From the NCBI GenBank assembly GCA_964349715.1, contig CAYGHR010000003.1, positions 13,492-55,383 of the forward strand: DNA of 41,892 nucleotides, in the 5' to 3' direction. The stretch's first letter is position 1. Every line of letters starts with the position of its first letter. The translations under genes and the position numbers were made by a program. Source of the DNA: an uncultured Peptococcaceae bacterium. Lineage in GTDB: Bacteria > Bacillota > UBA994. Shown one piece after another: positions 29,458-37,628 of this stretch. The notes beneath the pieces were generated by a model. That model was not told the origin of the DNA and made no database searches. It saw only the letters and a program-made list of their open reading frames with translations.

Positions 29458-29943
29458 GTGACTAAACTCGAGACCTTAGCGCGAGCCGTAAGCGTAGAGC
29501 TATCGAGTAGGAACTTAAACTTGGCAATAGCAGAGTCCTGTACAGGTGGGCTACTCGGTCACTCACTCACGGACGTGCCCGGCGCGTCACACTTCTTTTT
29601 AGGTGGAGTCACATGTTACTCTAACGCCGCGAAAGTACAGCTTCTCTCGGTGCAGACCGAAACGTTGCGGTGTTTTGGCGCGGTTTCTTTGCTGTGTGCG
29701 GAGGAAATGCTGCTTGGGGTACAGGCGCTGTTTGGCTCGGATGCAGCTATTTCCATCACCGGAATTGCGGGTCCGGACGGGGGGAGCCCGAAAAAGCCCG
29801 TGGGGACAGTGTTCATCGCGGTCAGTCTGTATGAACACAAGCAAATCCGAGCTTTTCTCTTTGCAGGGGAACGCGCGACTGTGAAATGCCAGGCGGCCTC
29901 AGCAGCACTAGAGCTGTTGCTCATATTGCTTACGCAAAAGTAG
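29458..29943 (+). CDS. cinA: CinA C-terminal domain protein (PncC-type nicotinamide-nucleotide amidase)
   Basis: AESCTGG, PGAS.FF.GG...YSNAAK, ITGIAGPDGG...KPVGTV; no N-terminal MocF domain. Confidence 0.9.
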   Translation: MTKLETLARAVSVELSSRNLNLAIAESCTGGLLGHSLTDVPGASHFFLGGVTCYSNAAKVQLLSVQTETLRCFGAVSLLCAEEMLLGVQALFGSDAAISITGIAGPDGGSPKKPVGTVFIAVSLYEHKQIRAFLFAGERATVKCQAASAALELLLILLTQK

Positions 29944-29946
29944 CTA

Positions 29947-29975
29947 TTGCGAACAATTGTTCGTTAGTATATAAT
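29947..29975 (+). promoter_or_regulatory. Sigma-A promoter of recA
   Basis: TTGCGA (29947-29952), 17 nt, TATAAT (29970-29975). Confidence 0.85.
29950..29963. promoter_or_regulatory. LexA (SOS/Cheo) box overlapping the recA promoter
   Basis: Perfect palindrome CGAACAATTGTTCG = CGAAC-N4-GTTCG, the Firmicutes LexA consensus. Confidence 0.95.
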
Positions 29976-30006
29976 GCTAGCAGTATCCGGATGGGAGGCG
30001 CGCGGG

Positions 30007-31032
30007 ATGGAGAAAAAGAAGGCTCTAGAGATGGCGTTGCATCAGATTGAGAAGCAGTTCGGCAAGGGTTCGGTTATGCGGCTAGGGGGAGAAAGCGAAA
30101 GGGCCGCCATGGAGGTTATCCGCACCGGCGCCATGTCGCTAGACATTGCTTTGGGCGTAGGGGGAGTACCGCGCGGCCGCATAATTGAAGTCTACGGCCC
30201 CGAATCTAGCGGCAAGACGACAGTGGCACTCCACATCATCGCTGAGGCCCAAAAGAACGGCGGTATAGCTGCGTTTATTGACGCCGAGCACGCCCTTGAC
30301 CCTTCCTATGCGCATAAAGTGGGCGTAAACTTAGAAGACCTCTTGGTCTCTCAACCCGACACAGGTGAGCAGGCCTTAGAGATAGCCGAGGCCTTAGTGC
30401 GCAGTGGTGCCGTAGACGTTGTTGTTATCGACTCGGTAGCGGCACTGGTGCCACGTGCGGAGATTGAAGGCGAAATGGGCGACGCGCATGTCGGTCTGCA
30501 AGCTCGCCTCATGTCGCAGGCACTCCGCAAGCTAGCCGGTGCCATTAGTAAGTCCAAAACTACCGCCATCTTTATTAACCAGCTAAGAGAAAAAGTTGGC
30601 GTGATGTTCGGTAATCCCGAAACTACGCCGGGCGGCAGAGCGTTAAAGTTCTACTCCACAATCCGCCTTGAGGTGCGTCGCGTCGAGTCCATTAAGTCCG
30701 GGCAGGAAGTTGTAGGCAACCGAACGCGCGTCAAGGTGGTCAAGAACAAAGTGGCACCCCCATTTAGAGTCGCGGATTTTGACATCATGTACGGCGAGGG
30801 GATATCGCGCGAGGGAAGCATTCTGGATACGGCTACCGACATGGACATTATCGTCAAGAGCGGGGCCTGGTACTCCTTTGAGGACGAAAGGTTAGGACAA
30901 GGCAGAGAAAACGCCAAGAACTATTTGCGCGAGCGCCAAGACATCACCGGCAAGGTGGAGTCCCGCATTCGCGAAAAGCTAGGGACAGGTAACCTCTCGC
31001 CGCGAACTACCGGAGAGAGCTTTGAGGAGTAG
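30007..31032 (+). CDS. recA: Recombinase RecA
   Basis: [48 protein letters not shown] before ATG 30007; no intein. Confidence 0.99.
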   Translation: MEKKKALEMALHQIEKQFGKGSVMRLGGESERAAMEVIRTGAMSLDIALGVGGVPRGRIIEVYGPESSGKTTVALHIIAEAQKNGGIAAFIDAEHALDPSYAHKVGVNLEDLLVSQPDTGEQALEIAEALVRSGAVDVVVIDSVAALVPRAEIEGEMGDAHVGLQARLMSQALRKLAGAISKSKTTAIFINQLREKVGVMFGNPETTPGGRALKFYSTIRLEVRRVESIKSGQEVVGNRTRVKVVKNKVAPPFRVADFDIMYGEGISREGSILDTATDMDIIVKSGAWYSFEDERLGQGRENAKNYLRERQDITGKVESRIREKLGTGNLSPRTTGESFEE

Positions 31033-31492
31033 CGACCTCCGCCAAACCGCACTAAGGCTTTTGGCGCGGCGCGAGCACACGCGGCGAGAACTCCAAGACA
31101 AACTGCATAAGCGTGGGTTCCTGCCTGCGGATGTAAGCGCGCTTTGTCAGGATTTTGCAGAGCAGGGTTACCTAAATGACCGTCGCATTGCGGAGAGTTC
31201 ACTGGCGAGTGCCACAACGCGCACTTCCATCGGTGCCAAGCTCTTTCGTAAGCGCCTTATCGGACGTGGGTTATCCCCTGAGCTAGTGGAGGACACGGTT
31301 GCGTCCTTTGAGAAGGAGACCGAAGTGGATGCCCCGGCAAAACGCTTGGCTGTGCAGTTATGCTCGCGGGGCAAAGATGTGGCCTTCATACAGAGACATC
31401 TGTGGCGCAAAGGTTTCTCCGCCCCAGAAATCCGCGAGGCACTGCGGACGCTGTGCGACGCTCGTATTGACAATGGACAGCCTGAAGGCTAG
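31022..31492 (+). CDS. recX: Regulatory protein RecX
   Basis: [27 protein letters not shown]; overlaps the recA end. Confidence 0.9.
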   Translation: MRSSDLRQTALRLLARREHTRRELQDKLHKRGFLPADVSALCQDFAEQGYLNDRRIAESSLASATTRTSIGAKLFRKRLIGRGLSPELVEDTVASFEKETEVDAPAKRLAVQLCSRGKDVAFIQRHLWRKGFSAPEIREALRTLCDARIDNGQPEG

Positions 31493-31495
31493 AAT
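31467..31495 (+). promoter_or_regulatory. Sigma-A promoter within the recX 3' end, upstream of rny
   Basis: TTGACA (31467-31472), 17 nt, TAGAAT (31490-31495). Confidence 0.8.
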
Positions 31496-31538
31496 AATGC
31501 CAGAGAGTAGCAACGCTCTAGGCAACTTTCGTTCTGCT

Positions 31539-31563
31539 GACCGAGGGTTCTCGGTCTTTTTTT
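31539..31563 (+). terminator. Intrinsic terminator in the rny leader
   Basis: GACCGAG-GGTT-CTCGGTC followed by T7. Confidence 0.85.
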
Positions 31564-31592
31564 GTAGATTTTTATGAGAGGAGGGACTCAAC

Positions 31593-33131
31593 ATCGAATT
31601 TGTAATTATTGCCATCCTAGTAGTAGCTGTACCCGCCGCTGCATATGGCGGATTTCTATACCGTAAGCGTGTAAGCGAAAAGGCCACCGGAGAGGCTGAG
31701 GTGGTCGCCAGAGTTATCGTTGGGGATGCCACTAAACAGGCGGAAGCTAAGAAGCGCGAGGCTATACTTGAAGCAAAAGATGAAGTGCATAGACTCAGGC
31801 AAGAGGCTGAGCGTGATATCAAGGAGCGCCGTGCCGAGATTCTGCGGCTAGAGCGCCGCATCCTGCAAAAAGACGAGACCTTGGACAAGAAACTTGAGCA
31901 ACTCGAGCGCCGCGATGACCAACTCGGCCGTAAAGAGGGCGATCTCAATAAACTTAAGGAGCGGGCCGAGGAATTAGTTGAGAAGCAGCAGAGGGAGCTC
32001 GAACGTGTTGCCGGCCTTACCCACGAAGAGGCACGTGCTCTCCAACTGGCTAACATTGAGCAGGAAATTCGCCACGAGGCTTCGCTGTTGATTCGGGAAG
32101 TGGAGTCGGAGGCGCGTGATGAAGCCGACAAACGCGCGCGCGAGATCATTACCATAGCGATTCAACGTTGCGCGGCAGACCATTCCGCTGAGACGACCGT
32201 ATCCGTCGTGGAGTTGCCAAATGACGAGATGAAGGGACGCATCATCGGGCGAGAAGGACGAAACATCCGCGCGCTAGAGACTCTTACCGGCGTAGACTTG
32301 ATCATTGACGACACGCCGGAGGCAGTGATTTTGTCAGGGTTTGACCCCGTGCGACGCGAAGTAGCGCGGATTGCCTTAGAGAAGCTAATTGCAGACGGCC
32401 GCATTCACCCAGCCCGCATTGAAGAAGTGGTGGAAAAGGCCCAGAAGGAAGTTGAGCAACGCATTCGCGAGGAAGGCGAGCGCGCCGTGTTTGAAGTTGG
32501 CATCCACAGCCTAAACGGCGAACTTGTGAGGTTGCTCGGGAGACTACGTTATCGCACCAGCTATGGCCAGAATGTCCTTAAGCACTCGCTGGAAGTTGCT
32601 CACTTGGCGGGGGCTATGGCTGCGGAGCTAGGCGTCGACGTACACATTGCCAAGCGCGCAGGGCTGCTGCACGATATAGGCAAAGCCCTTGACCACGAAG
32701 TGGAGGGGCCGCACGTGGCCATTGGCGCAGACATTGCCAAGAAGTATCGCGAACACCCCGCTGTTGTACATGCCATTGCGGCGCACCACGGCGATGTAGA
32801 AGCGCAGTCGATCGAAGCGGTGCTGGTTGCCGCAGCGGACGCCATTTCGGCCGCAAGGCCCGGCGCACGCCGCGAAAGCCTCGAGAACTATATTAAACGT
32901 CTGCAGAAACTAGAGGAAATTGGCTCGTCGGTCGACGGCGTTGACAAGGTATACGCCATTCAGGCCGGGCGCGAAATCCGCATTGTAGTCAAACCGGAGC
33001 GCATAGATGATTTGGCAGCGGTGCGGGTCGCACGTGACATTTCTAAGCGTATAGAGTGTGAACTTGAGTATCCCGGGCAAATTAAGGTGACCGTGATAAG
33101 AGAGACTAGAGCAGTAGAACTGGCGAAGTAG
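31593..33131 (+). CDS. rny: Ribonuclease Y; probable non-canonical ATC start
   Basis: KH motif [16 protein letters not shown] motif GLLHDIGK; in-frame TM anchor [25 protein letters not shown] upstream of the ORF-track GTG 31701; AGGAGG 31579-31584. Confidence 0.95.
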   Translation: MEFVIIAILVVAVPAAAYGGFLYRKRVSEKATGEAEVVARVIVGDATKQAEAKKREAILEAKDEVHRLRQEAERDIKERRAEILRLERRILQKDETLDKKLEQLERRDDQLGRKEGDLNKLKERAEELVEKQQRELERVAGLTHEEARALQLANIEQEIRHEASLLIREVESEARDEADKRAREIITIAIQRCAADHSAETTVSVVELPNDEMKGRIIGREGRNIRALETLTGVDLIIDDTPEAVILSGFDPVRREVARIALEKLIADGRIHPARIEEVVEKAQKEVEQRIREEGERAVFEVGIHSLNGELVRLLGRLRYRTSYGQNVLKHSLEVAHLAGAMAAELGVDVHIAKRAGLLHDIGKALDHEVEGPHVAIGADIAKKYREHPAVVHAIAAHHGDVEAQSIEAVLVAAADAISAARPGARRESLENYIKRLQKLEEIGSSVDGVDKVYAIQAGREIRIVVKPERIDDLAAVRVARDISKRIECELEYPGQIKVTVIRETRAVELAK

Positions 33132-33134
33132 GTT

Positions 33135-33160
33135 AAGCCGAGCGCAAGCTCGGCTTTTAT
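33135..33160 (+). terminator. Stem-loop/terminator after rny
   Basis: AAGCCGAGC-GCAA-GCTCGGCTT followed by TTAT. Confidence 0.7.
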
Positions 33161-33215
33161 ACAACCGGGAAAGTACTGAGTTGGCGAGACCGAAGCGTTT
33201 GTTTGGAGGACGAAT

Positions 33216-34004
33216 GTGTTCAACATACTTTTTCTTGGAGATGTCGTAGGGAAGCCCGGCAGAGAAGTCGTACGCCAACTCATTTCGCAGTTGCGTTCTA
33301 GGTTCTCCGTTAATTATTGTATCGCTAACGGTGAGAACGCTGCGCATGGTACCGGCCTCACGCGCGAGATTGCGGACGAGCTGCTAAACATCGGTGTAGA
33401 CGCGCTCACCGGCGGCAATCACACCTGGGACAAGAAAGAGATTCTGGAGTTCATAGACGAGTACCCGCGCGTTTTGCGGCCCGTCAACTACCCTAGCGGG
33501 GTCCCGGGGAACGGCGTACTACTGACTGAGGTCGGCTCTCCGCCCGTGCCGTTGGCTATTGTTAGCGTACTGGGCAGGACGTTTATGCCTCCGGTCGACT
33601 GCCCCTTTCAGGCCATGGACAAAGTGCTAAACGGCCTACCGACCAATTGCCTAACGTTTGTTGACTTTCACGCTGAAGCTACGTCCGAGAAGTTGGCCTT
33701 AGCACATTATCTTGACGGCAGAGTAGCGGGCATTGTTGGCACCCACACGCATGTACAAACGGCGGACGAGCGTTTGTTGCCGAAAGGAACCGCCTATCTA
33801 TCCGACGTCGGCATGTGTGGGCCCTATAACTCGGTCCTCGGTGTTGCTATTTCTCCGGTGATACGTAAGTTTACCACCGGCTTGCCCGTGCGCTTTGAAA
33901 TAGCGGAGGGCCCGAAACTGCTTTCCGGGGTGGTGTATCGCTTTGACCTATCTACACGGAGGGCTTTGGCGGCCCCAGAGCGCATACTGACTGTGGTGCC
34001 ATAA
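33216..34004 (+). CDS. ymdB: YmdB (TIGR00282) metallophosphoesterase
   Basis: ILFLGDVVGKPGR, NGENAA, GNHTWD, DFHAEATSEK, GTHTHVQTADER. Confidence 0.97.
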   Translation: MFNILFLGDVVGKPGREVVRQLISQLRSRFSVNYCIANGENAAHGTGLTREIADELLNIGVDALTGGNHTWDKKEILEFIDEYPRVLRPVNYPSGVPGNGVLLTEVGSPPVPLAIVSVLGRTFMPPVDCPFQAMDKVLNGLPTNCLTFVDFHAEATSEKLALAHYLDGRVAGIVGTHTHVQTADERLLPKGTAYLSDVGMCGPYNSVLGVAISPVIRKFTTGLPVRFEIAEGPKLLSGVVYRFDLSTRRALAAPERILTVVP

Positions 34005-34025
34005 CGCATGCTTGGAGGAATGCTC

Positions 34026-35003
34026 ATGACTTCTCTGCTTCACTCACGAGCTTTAGTAATCGACAGTCACTGCGACGCAATCCTCAAGGTGTTTAGCTCG
34101 CGCGGCGAGTACCGCCTGAGCGACTACCATCAGGAGGAACACGTGGATATCCCACGTTTGCGGCAGGGTGGGGTGGACGTTCAGTTCTTTGCCGCCTATA
34201 TAGGTGCGGAGTACAAGCCCGACCGCGCGATTAAGCGCACTATACAGCTCCTTGACTGCCTGTATCGCGAGCTTGAGGCCAACAAAGGCTCTCTCAAGCT
34301 AATCCTAGACGCCCGGGATATTGACGGGTTGCAGTCGAATGACGAAGTAGGCGTGCTTATATCCATTGAGGGAGGAGAGGCTCTCGAGGGGGATTTGGCT
34401 TCTCTGCGCATCTACCATCGTCTGGGAGTCAGGGCTGTAGGGCTTACATGGAACGAACGCAATCAGATTGCCGAAGGTGTGGGGGAGTGTCGCAGCGGCG
34501 GAGGACTGACTGAGTTTGGCGTCAGCGTAGTAGAAGAGATGAACCGCCTAGGTATGATTGTCGATGTATCGCATATATCGGAGCCTGGGTTCTTTGACGT
34601 TTTATCCGTAACGCGGCATCCCATTATTGCCTCGCACAGCAACGCGCGCGCCGTTTGTGGGCATGTGCGCAACCTAACCGACAGGCAAATCCGTGCTTTA
34701 GCGGAGAACGGGGGAGTGATGGGCATAAACTTTGCCCCCCAGTTCTTAGTGGAACACGGCAGGGCCTGCTTAGAGGATGTAGTGACACACATAGATCACA
34801 TTGTAAACCTCCTTGGCAACAGTAGGCATGTCGGTTTGGGAGCGGACCTAGATGGGATAGATAGTGCGCCCGACGGACTTGAGGATGCCTCCAAGTACCC
34901 GGCGCTAACCGAAGCGCTGCTTAAGCGGGGGTATAGCGAGCAGGCGCTGCTGGAGATTTTGGGGCATAACCATTTGCGTGTCATTCGCGCTGTCCTAGGC
35001 TAG
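34026..35003 (+). CDS. M19 family (renal dipeptidase-like) dipeptidase
   Basis: IDSHCD, SIEGGE, LTWNERN, IVDVSH, IASHSN, RNLTD.QI, GADLDG; GGAGG before ATG 34026. Confidence 0.93.
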   Translation: MTSLLHSRALVIDSHCDAILKVFSSRGEYRLSDYHQEEHVDIPRLRQGGVDVQFFAAYIGAEYKPDRAIKRTIQLLDCLYRELEANKGSLKLILDARDIDGLQSNDEVGVLISIEGGEALEGDLASLRIYHRLGVRAVGLTWNERNQIAEGVGECRSGGGLTEFGVSVVEEMNRLGMIVDVSHISEPGFFDVLSVTRHPIIASHSNARAVCGHVRNLTDRQIRALAENGGVMGINFAPQFLVEHGRACLEDVVTHIDHIVNLLGNSRHVGLGADLDGIDSAPDGLEDASKYPALTEALLKRGYSEQALLEILGHNHLRVIRAVLG

Positions 35004-35010
35004 ATGCAGC

Positions 35011-35808
35011 ATGTTGGATCTACACACGCATAGCTCCGCCTCAGATGGTGTGGACTCGCCACGCGAGTTAGTGCGGCAGGCTAAGAAACGAGGGCTAAAA
35101 GGCATTGCTCTGACTGATCATGACACCTGTGCAGGCCTGCAGGAGGGCTTTGCCGCAGGTCTTCTCTTTGGCCTTGCCGTGCTTCCCGGCGTTGAGTTAA
35201 GTGCCGAGTGGGGCGACCGCGACGTACACATCCTGGGGTACTGGATTAGCGGGAGTGACCGCGAGTTATCAGAGTTGATGTCTAAGTTGCGCTCCCAGAG
35301 AGCTACGCGAATGGCGAGCATGGTGTCGCGACTAACGAGCCTAGGGCTCCCGCTTACGCTCTCTGAAGTGACAGCCCAAAGTAATGGCGATGGGCACTCC
35401 CTCGGCAGGCCGCATGTTGCTAGGGCGCTTGTGGCGCGGGGCTATGTCAGCAATGTCGCCGAGGCCTTTGACCTATACCTTGAGCGCGGTCGGCCGGCCT
35501 ACGTGCCTCGCTACAAGCTGTCGCCGGAAGAAGCGATTAGTGCTATAGTCGGGAGCCGGGGTGTCGCCGTCTGGGCTCATCCCGGTCATTTAGCTTCACA
35601 GCGACTTGAGTCCATGATTAGAGCTGGGCTGGCAGGGATTGAGGTGTACCACCCCGACCACACCCATGAGCGCGAACAAGAACTACTTGGTCTGGCGCGG
35701 GAGCACCGTTTGGTAGTCACAGGGGGTTCTGACGCACACAGCGCTGCCGCTTTGGGTGAAAGAACGTCAAATATTGAGGTTTGGCATGAGTTGTGGTCGC
35801 GACGATAA
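35011..35808 (+). CDS. PHP-domain metal-dependent phosphoesterase (TrpH/YciV-like)
   Basis: DLHTHS..SDG, ALTDHDT, GVELS, GRPHVA, WAHP, TGGSDAH. Confidence 0.93.
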   Translation: MLDLHTHSSASDGVDSPRELVRQAKKRGLKGIALTDHDTCAGLQEGFAAGLLFGLAVLPGVELSAEWGDRDVHILGYWISGSDRELSELMSKLRSQRATRMASMVSRLTSLGLPLTLSEVTAQSNGDGHSLGRPHVARALVARGYVSNVAEAFDLYLERGRPAYVPRYKLSPEEAISAIVGSRGVAVWAHPGHLASQRLESMIRAGLAGIEVYHPDHTHEREQELLGLAREHRLVVTGGSDAHSAAALGERTSNIEVWHELWSRR

Positions 35809-35825
35809 AACCGCGACTTTTTTTT
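35796..35825 (+). terminator. Intrinsic terminator overlapping the end of the PHP gene
   Basis: GTCGCG-N10-CGCGAC followed by T8. Confidence 0.65.
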
Positions 35826-35831
35826 GCAAAG

Positions 35832-35868
35832 GAAGGAGTATGCGCGGCAATAGAGAATATGGTAGAAT
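35832..35868 (+). promoter_or_regulatory. Candidate sigma-H and extended -10 sigma-A promoters of the gntR-for-gdh operon
   Basis: GAAGGA (35832-35837), 17 nt, GAAT (35855-35858); TG-G-TAGAAT at 35860-35868. Confidence 0.5.
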
Positions 35869-35870
35869 GA

Positions 35871-35894
35871 AATGGACTAATGGACTAATCCATT
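35871..35894. promoter_or_regulatory. Candidate GntR operator (direct repeat plus palindrome)
   Basis: AATGGACTAATGGACTAATCCATT: tandem TGGACTAA x2 and inverted AATGGA-CTAA-TCCATT, just downstream of the -10. Confidence 0.65.
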
Positions 35895-35925
35895 GAGTGA
35901 CCGGGCATGGGATGGAGGTGATGGA

Positions 35926-36918
35926 GTGGTAGCGTTAGAGCTACGCAAGAAGTCTGGTGTCCCTCTCTACGTGCAACTGAAGGCAAGCATTCGGCAGCAA
36001 GCTGAAAGCGGCGCGTGGTCCCCGGGCTTTAAGTTGCCCACCGAAAGAGAACTGTCAACCCTGTTGGCGGTCAGCCGCAATACCGTGAGTCAGGCCTATC
36101 GCGAGCTGGAACGCGAGGGCATCTTGGTGTCGTTACAGGGTAAGGGTACTTTCCTGGCCAAGACTGATGCGGGCGCATTGAGTGCAAGCAGGAGCAACAG
36201 ACTGGAAGCACTTGTTTCGCAGGCGCTAGGGCAAGCATTAGACGAAGGCTTTGATTGCGAGGAGTTCAAGGAAACTGCCGCTCGTGTCTCGCTGCAAAGA
36301 CAACGCATGCTCAGTGAGGTGCGGTTAGTGTTTGTGGAGTGCAACCGCGAGCAGGTAGACTACTTCTCCACTCATCTCGGACTCGGCAGTGGCGTGAGCG
36401 CCAGCCCGCTGCTGCTTGAAGAACTGCTGGCGTCGACTCCGGCGACACAAAGACTCATCGAGGATGCAGAAATCGTGGTGACGACGTTCTTCCACGAAAA
36501 CGAAGTGCGCGTGGCCATCGGTCCGGACAAGCTCCTGTTGTCGGTAGCTTTAGAGCCGCAGCTTGAGACCATGGTACGCATCGCGCGCATACCGAGGCAG
36601 CGCAGGCTGGCTCTTGTTTGCATGTCAGAGGTGTTTGCTCTAAAGGTGCAGAACTCGCTAAACGCCGCCGGGATGGAGCATCGCCTGTGCGTGTTGACTA
36701 GCCGCGACGACAATCAGCGCCTCACGCAAGTACTGGCAGACTGTGATGTGGTCTTGGTCTCTCCGGGGCGTAAGCGAGAAGTAGTGCACCTGTGTCCTGC
36801 AGAGAAGGAGGTCATCGAGTTCGTATATCGACCGGACATCGGTTCCAGTAACCTCCTACAAAACACTATTTTAGCGCAACGAAAGACCATGGGGAAAGAC
36901 GTATCTGCAAGATTATAA
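35926..36918 (+). CDS. GntR-family transcriptional regulator with large C-terminal effector domain
   Basis: PLYVQL, KLPTERELS..LAVSRNTVSQAYRELEREG, QGKGTF; GGAGGTG before GTG 35926. Confidence 0.95.
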   Translation: MVALELRKKSGVPLYVQLKASIRQQAESGAWSPGFKLPTERELSTLLAVSRNTVSQAYRELEREGILVSLQGKGTFLAKTDAGALSASRSNRLEALVSQALGQALDEGFDCEEFKETAARVSLQRQRMLSEVRLVFVECNREQVDYFSTHLGLGSGVSASPLLLEELLASTPATQRLIEDAEIVVTTFFHENEVRVAIGPDKLLLSVALEPQLETMVRIARIPRQRRLALVCMSEVFALKVQNSLNAAGMEHRLCVLTSRDDNQRLTQVLADCDVVLVSPGRKREVVHLCPAEKEVIEFVYRPDIGSSNLLQNTILAQRKTMGKDVSARL

Positions 36919-36934
36919 AGGTGGTGTAACAACA

Positions 36935-37615
36935 ATGAATGGTAACGGGTATCGCGTCGTACCGGGTCCAGAGGGGTTGCTGCCTCCGGCGGCTGCCTGC
37001 TGTGGCGTTGTACTGCCGGAGAAGGGTCAAGGCCTCGTAGAGGGCTCCCTGCACAGCGAGAAGGACACACTGGAAGTCATGGCGAGAGAGCTCTTAACTC
37101 GTCAGAACCCAACTATTTTCCCGGGTCCGCTGGTGTTGTGGGCCTGGCGTGAGGGAGTCTCGGAAAAGGCCGCAAGCGTGCTCGAGCTGGCTAATGAGAT
37201 CCCGGGTGTAAGGATAATCCCTATGCCGGACTACCGACCCATCTATCCGAAGATTGACCCCGAAGCTGTTATCAACCCCTGCCATCCTAACCTCACGATT
37301 TGGCACAACAAAATTGAGGTGTGTGTGTTTATTGGCGTGCACTGTCACTTCGCTAACATAACGCTGAAGATGATCCGCGCCGGCACCAACTGTTACACTA
37401 TTACACTCTGCCATGAGGCCGGACATGAAGACTCTATGGCTTCGCTGCCTTTTGCTGACGCCAATCAAGTGCGTGCCCTAACGGAAGCCATACGCAAACT
37501 CAAGCGCGAGGGACTCCGGCCCCGCTACGCCGACACTCCCGGTATTCAACTTACAGCGGCTCAAAAAGCTCTAAGTCAAGGTTTGACATGGCAACCTGCG
37601 CCAGTTGCGCGATAG
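36935..37615 (+). CDS. forD: ForD/PorD-type delta subunit of a five-subunit 2-oxoacid:ferredoxin oxidoreductase (CO dehydrogenase beta-subunit family)
   Basis: YRVVPGPE..LPPAAA, PTIFPGPLVLWAW, PMPDYRP.YPKIDPE, HPNLTIWHNKI, GVHCH, GHED; recognised from Aquificae/Nitrospira For proteins. Confidence 0.8.
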   Translation: MNGNGYRVVPGPEGLLPPAAACCGVVLPEKGQGLVEGSLHSEKDTLEVMARELLTRQNPTIFPGPLVLWAWREGVSEKAASVLELANEIPGVRIIPMPDYRPIYPKIDPEAVINPCHPNLTIWHNKIEVCVFIGVHCHFANITLKMIRAGTNCYTITLCHEAGHEDSMASLPFADANQVRALTEAIRKLKREGLRPRYADTPGIQLTAAQKALSQGLTWQPAPVAR

Positions 37616-37628
37616 GGAGGAGTAACAG

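Noticed and set aside
31574..31666. Short ATG-initiated ORF overlapping the rny start, as a leader peptide or frameshifted N-terminus
   Set aside because: No RBS upstream of its ATG, which precedes the SD; the TM anchor is already in frame with rny
31358..32155. 265-aa minus-strand ORF opposite rny/recX
   Set aside because: Low-complexity Ser/Arg shadow of the Glu/Lys-rich coiled coil of RNase Y
36935..37615. Carbon monoxide dehydrogenase / Wood-Ljungdahl gene
   Set aside because: The family label reflects a shared fold; no CODH catalytic or ACS genes are nearby and the context is a 2-oxoacid oxidoreductase
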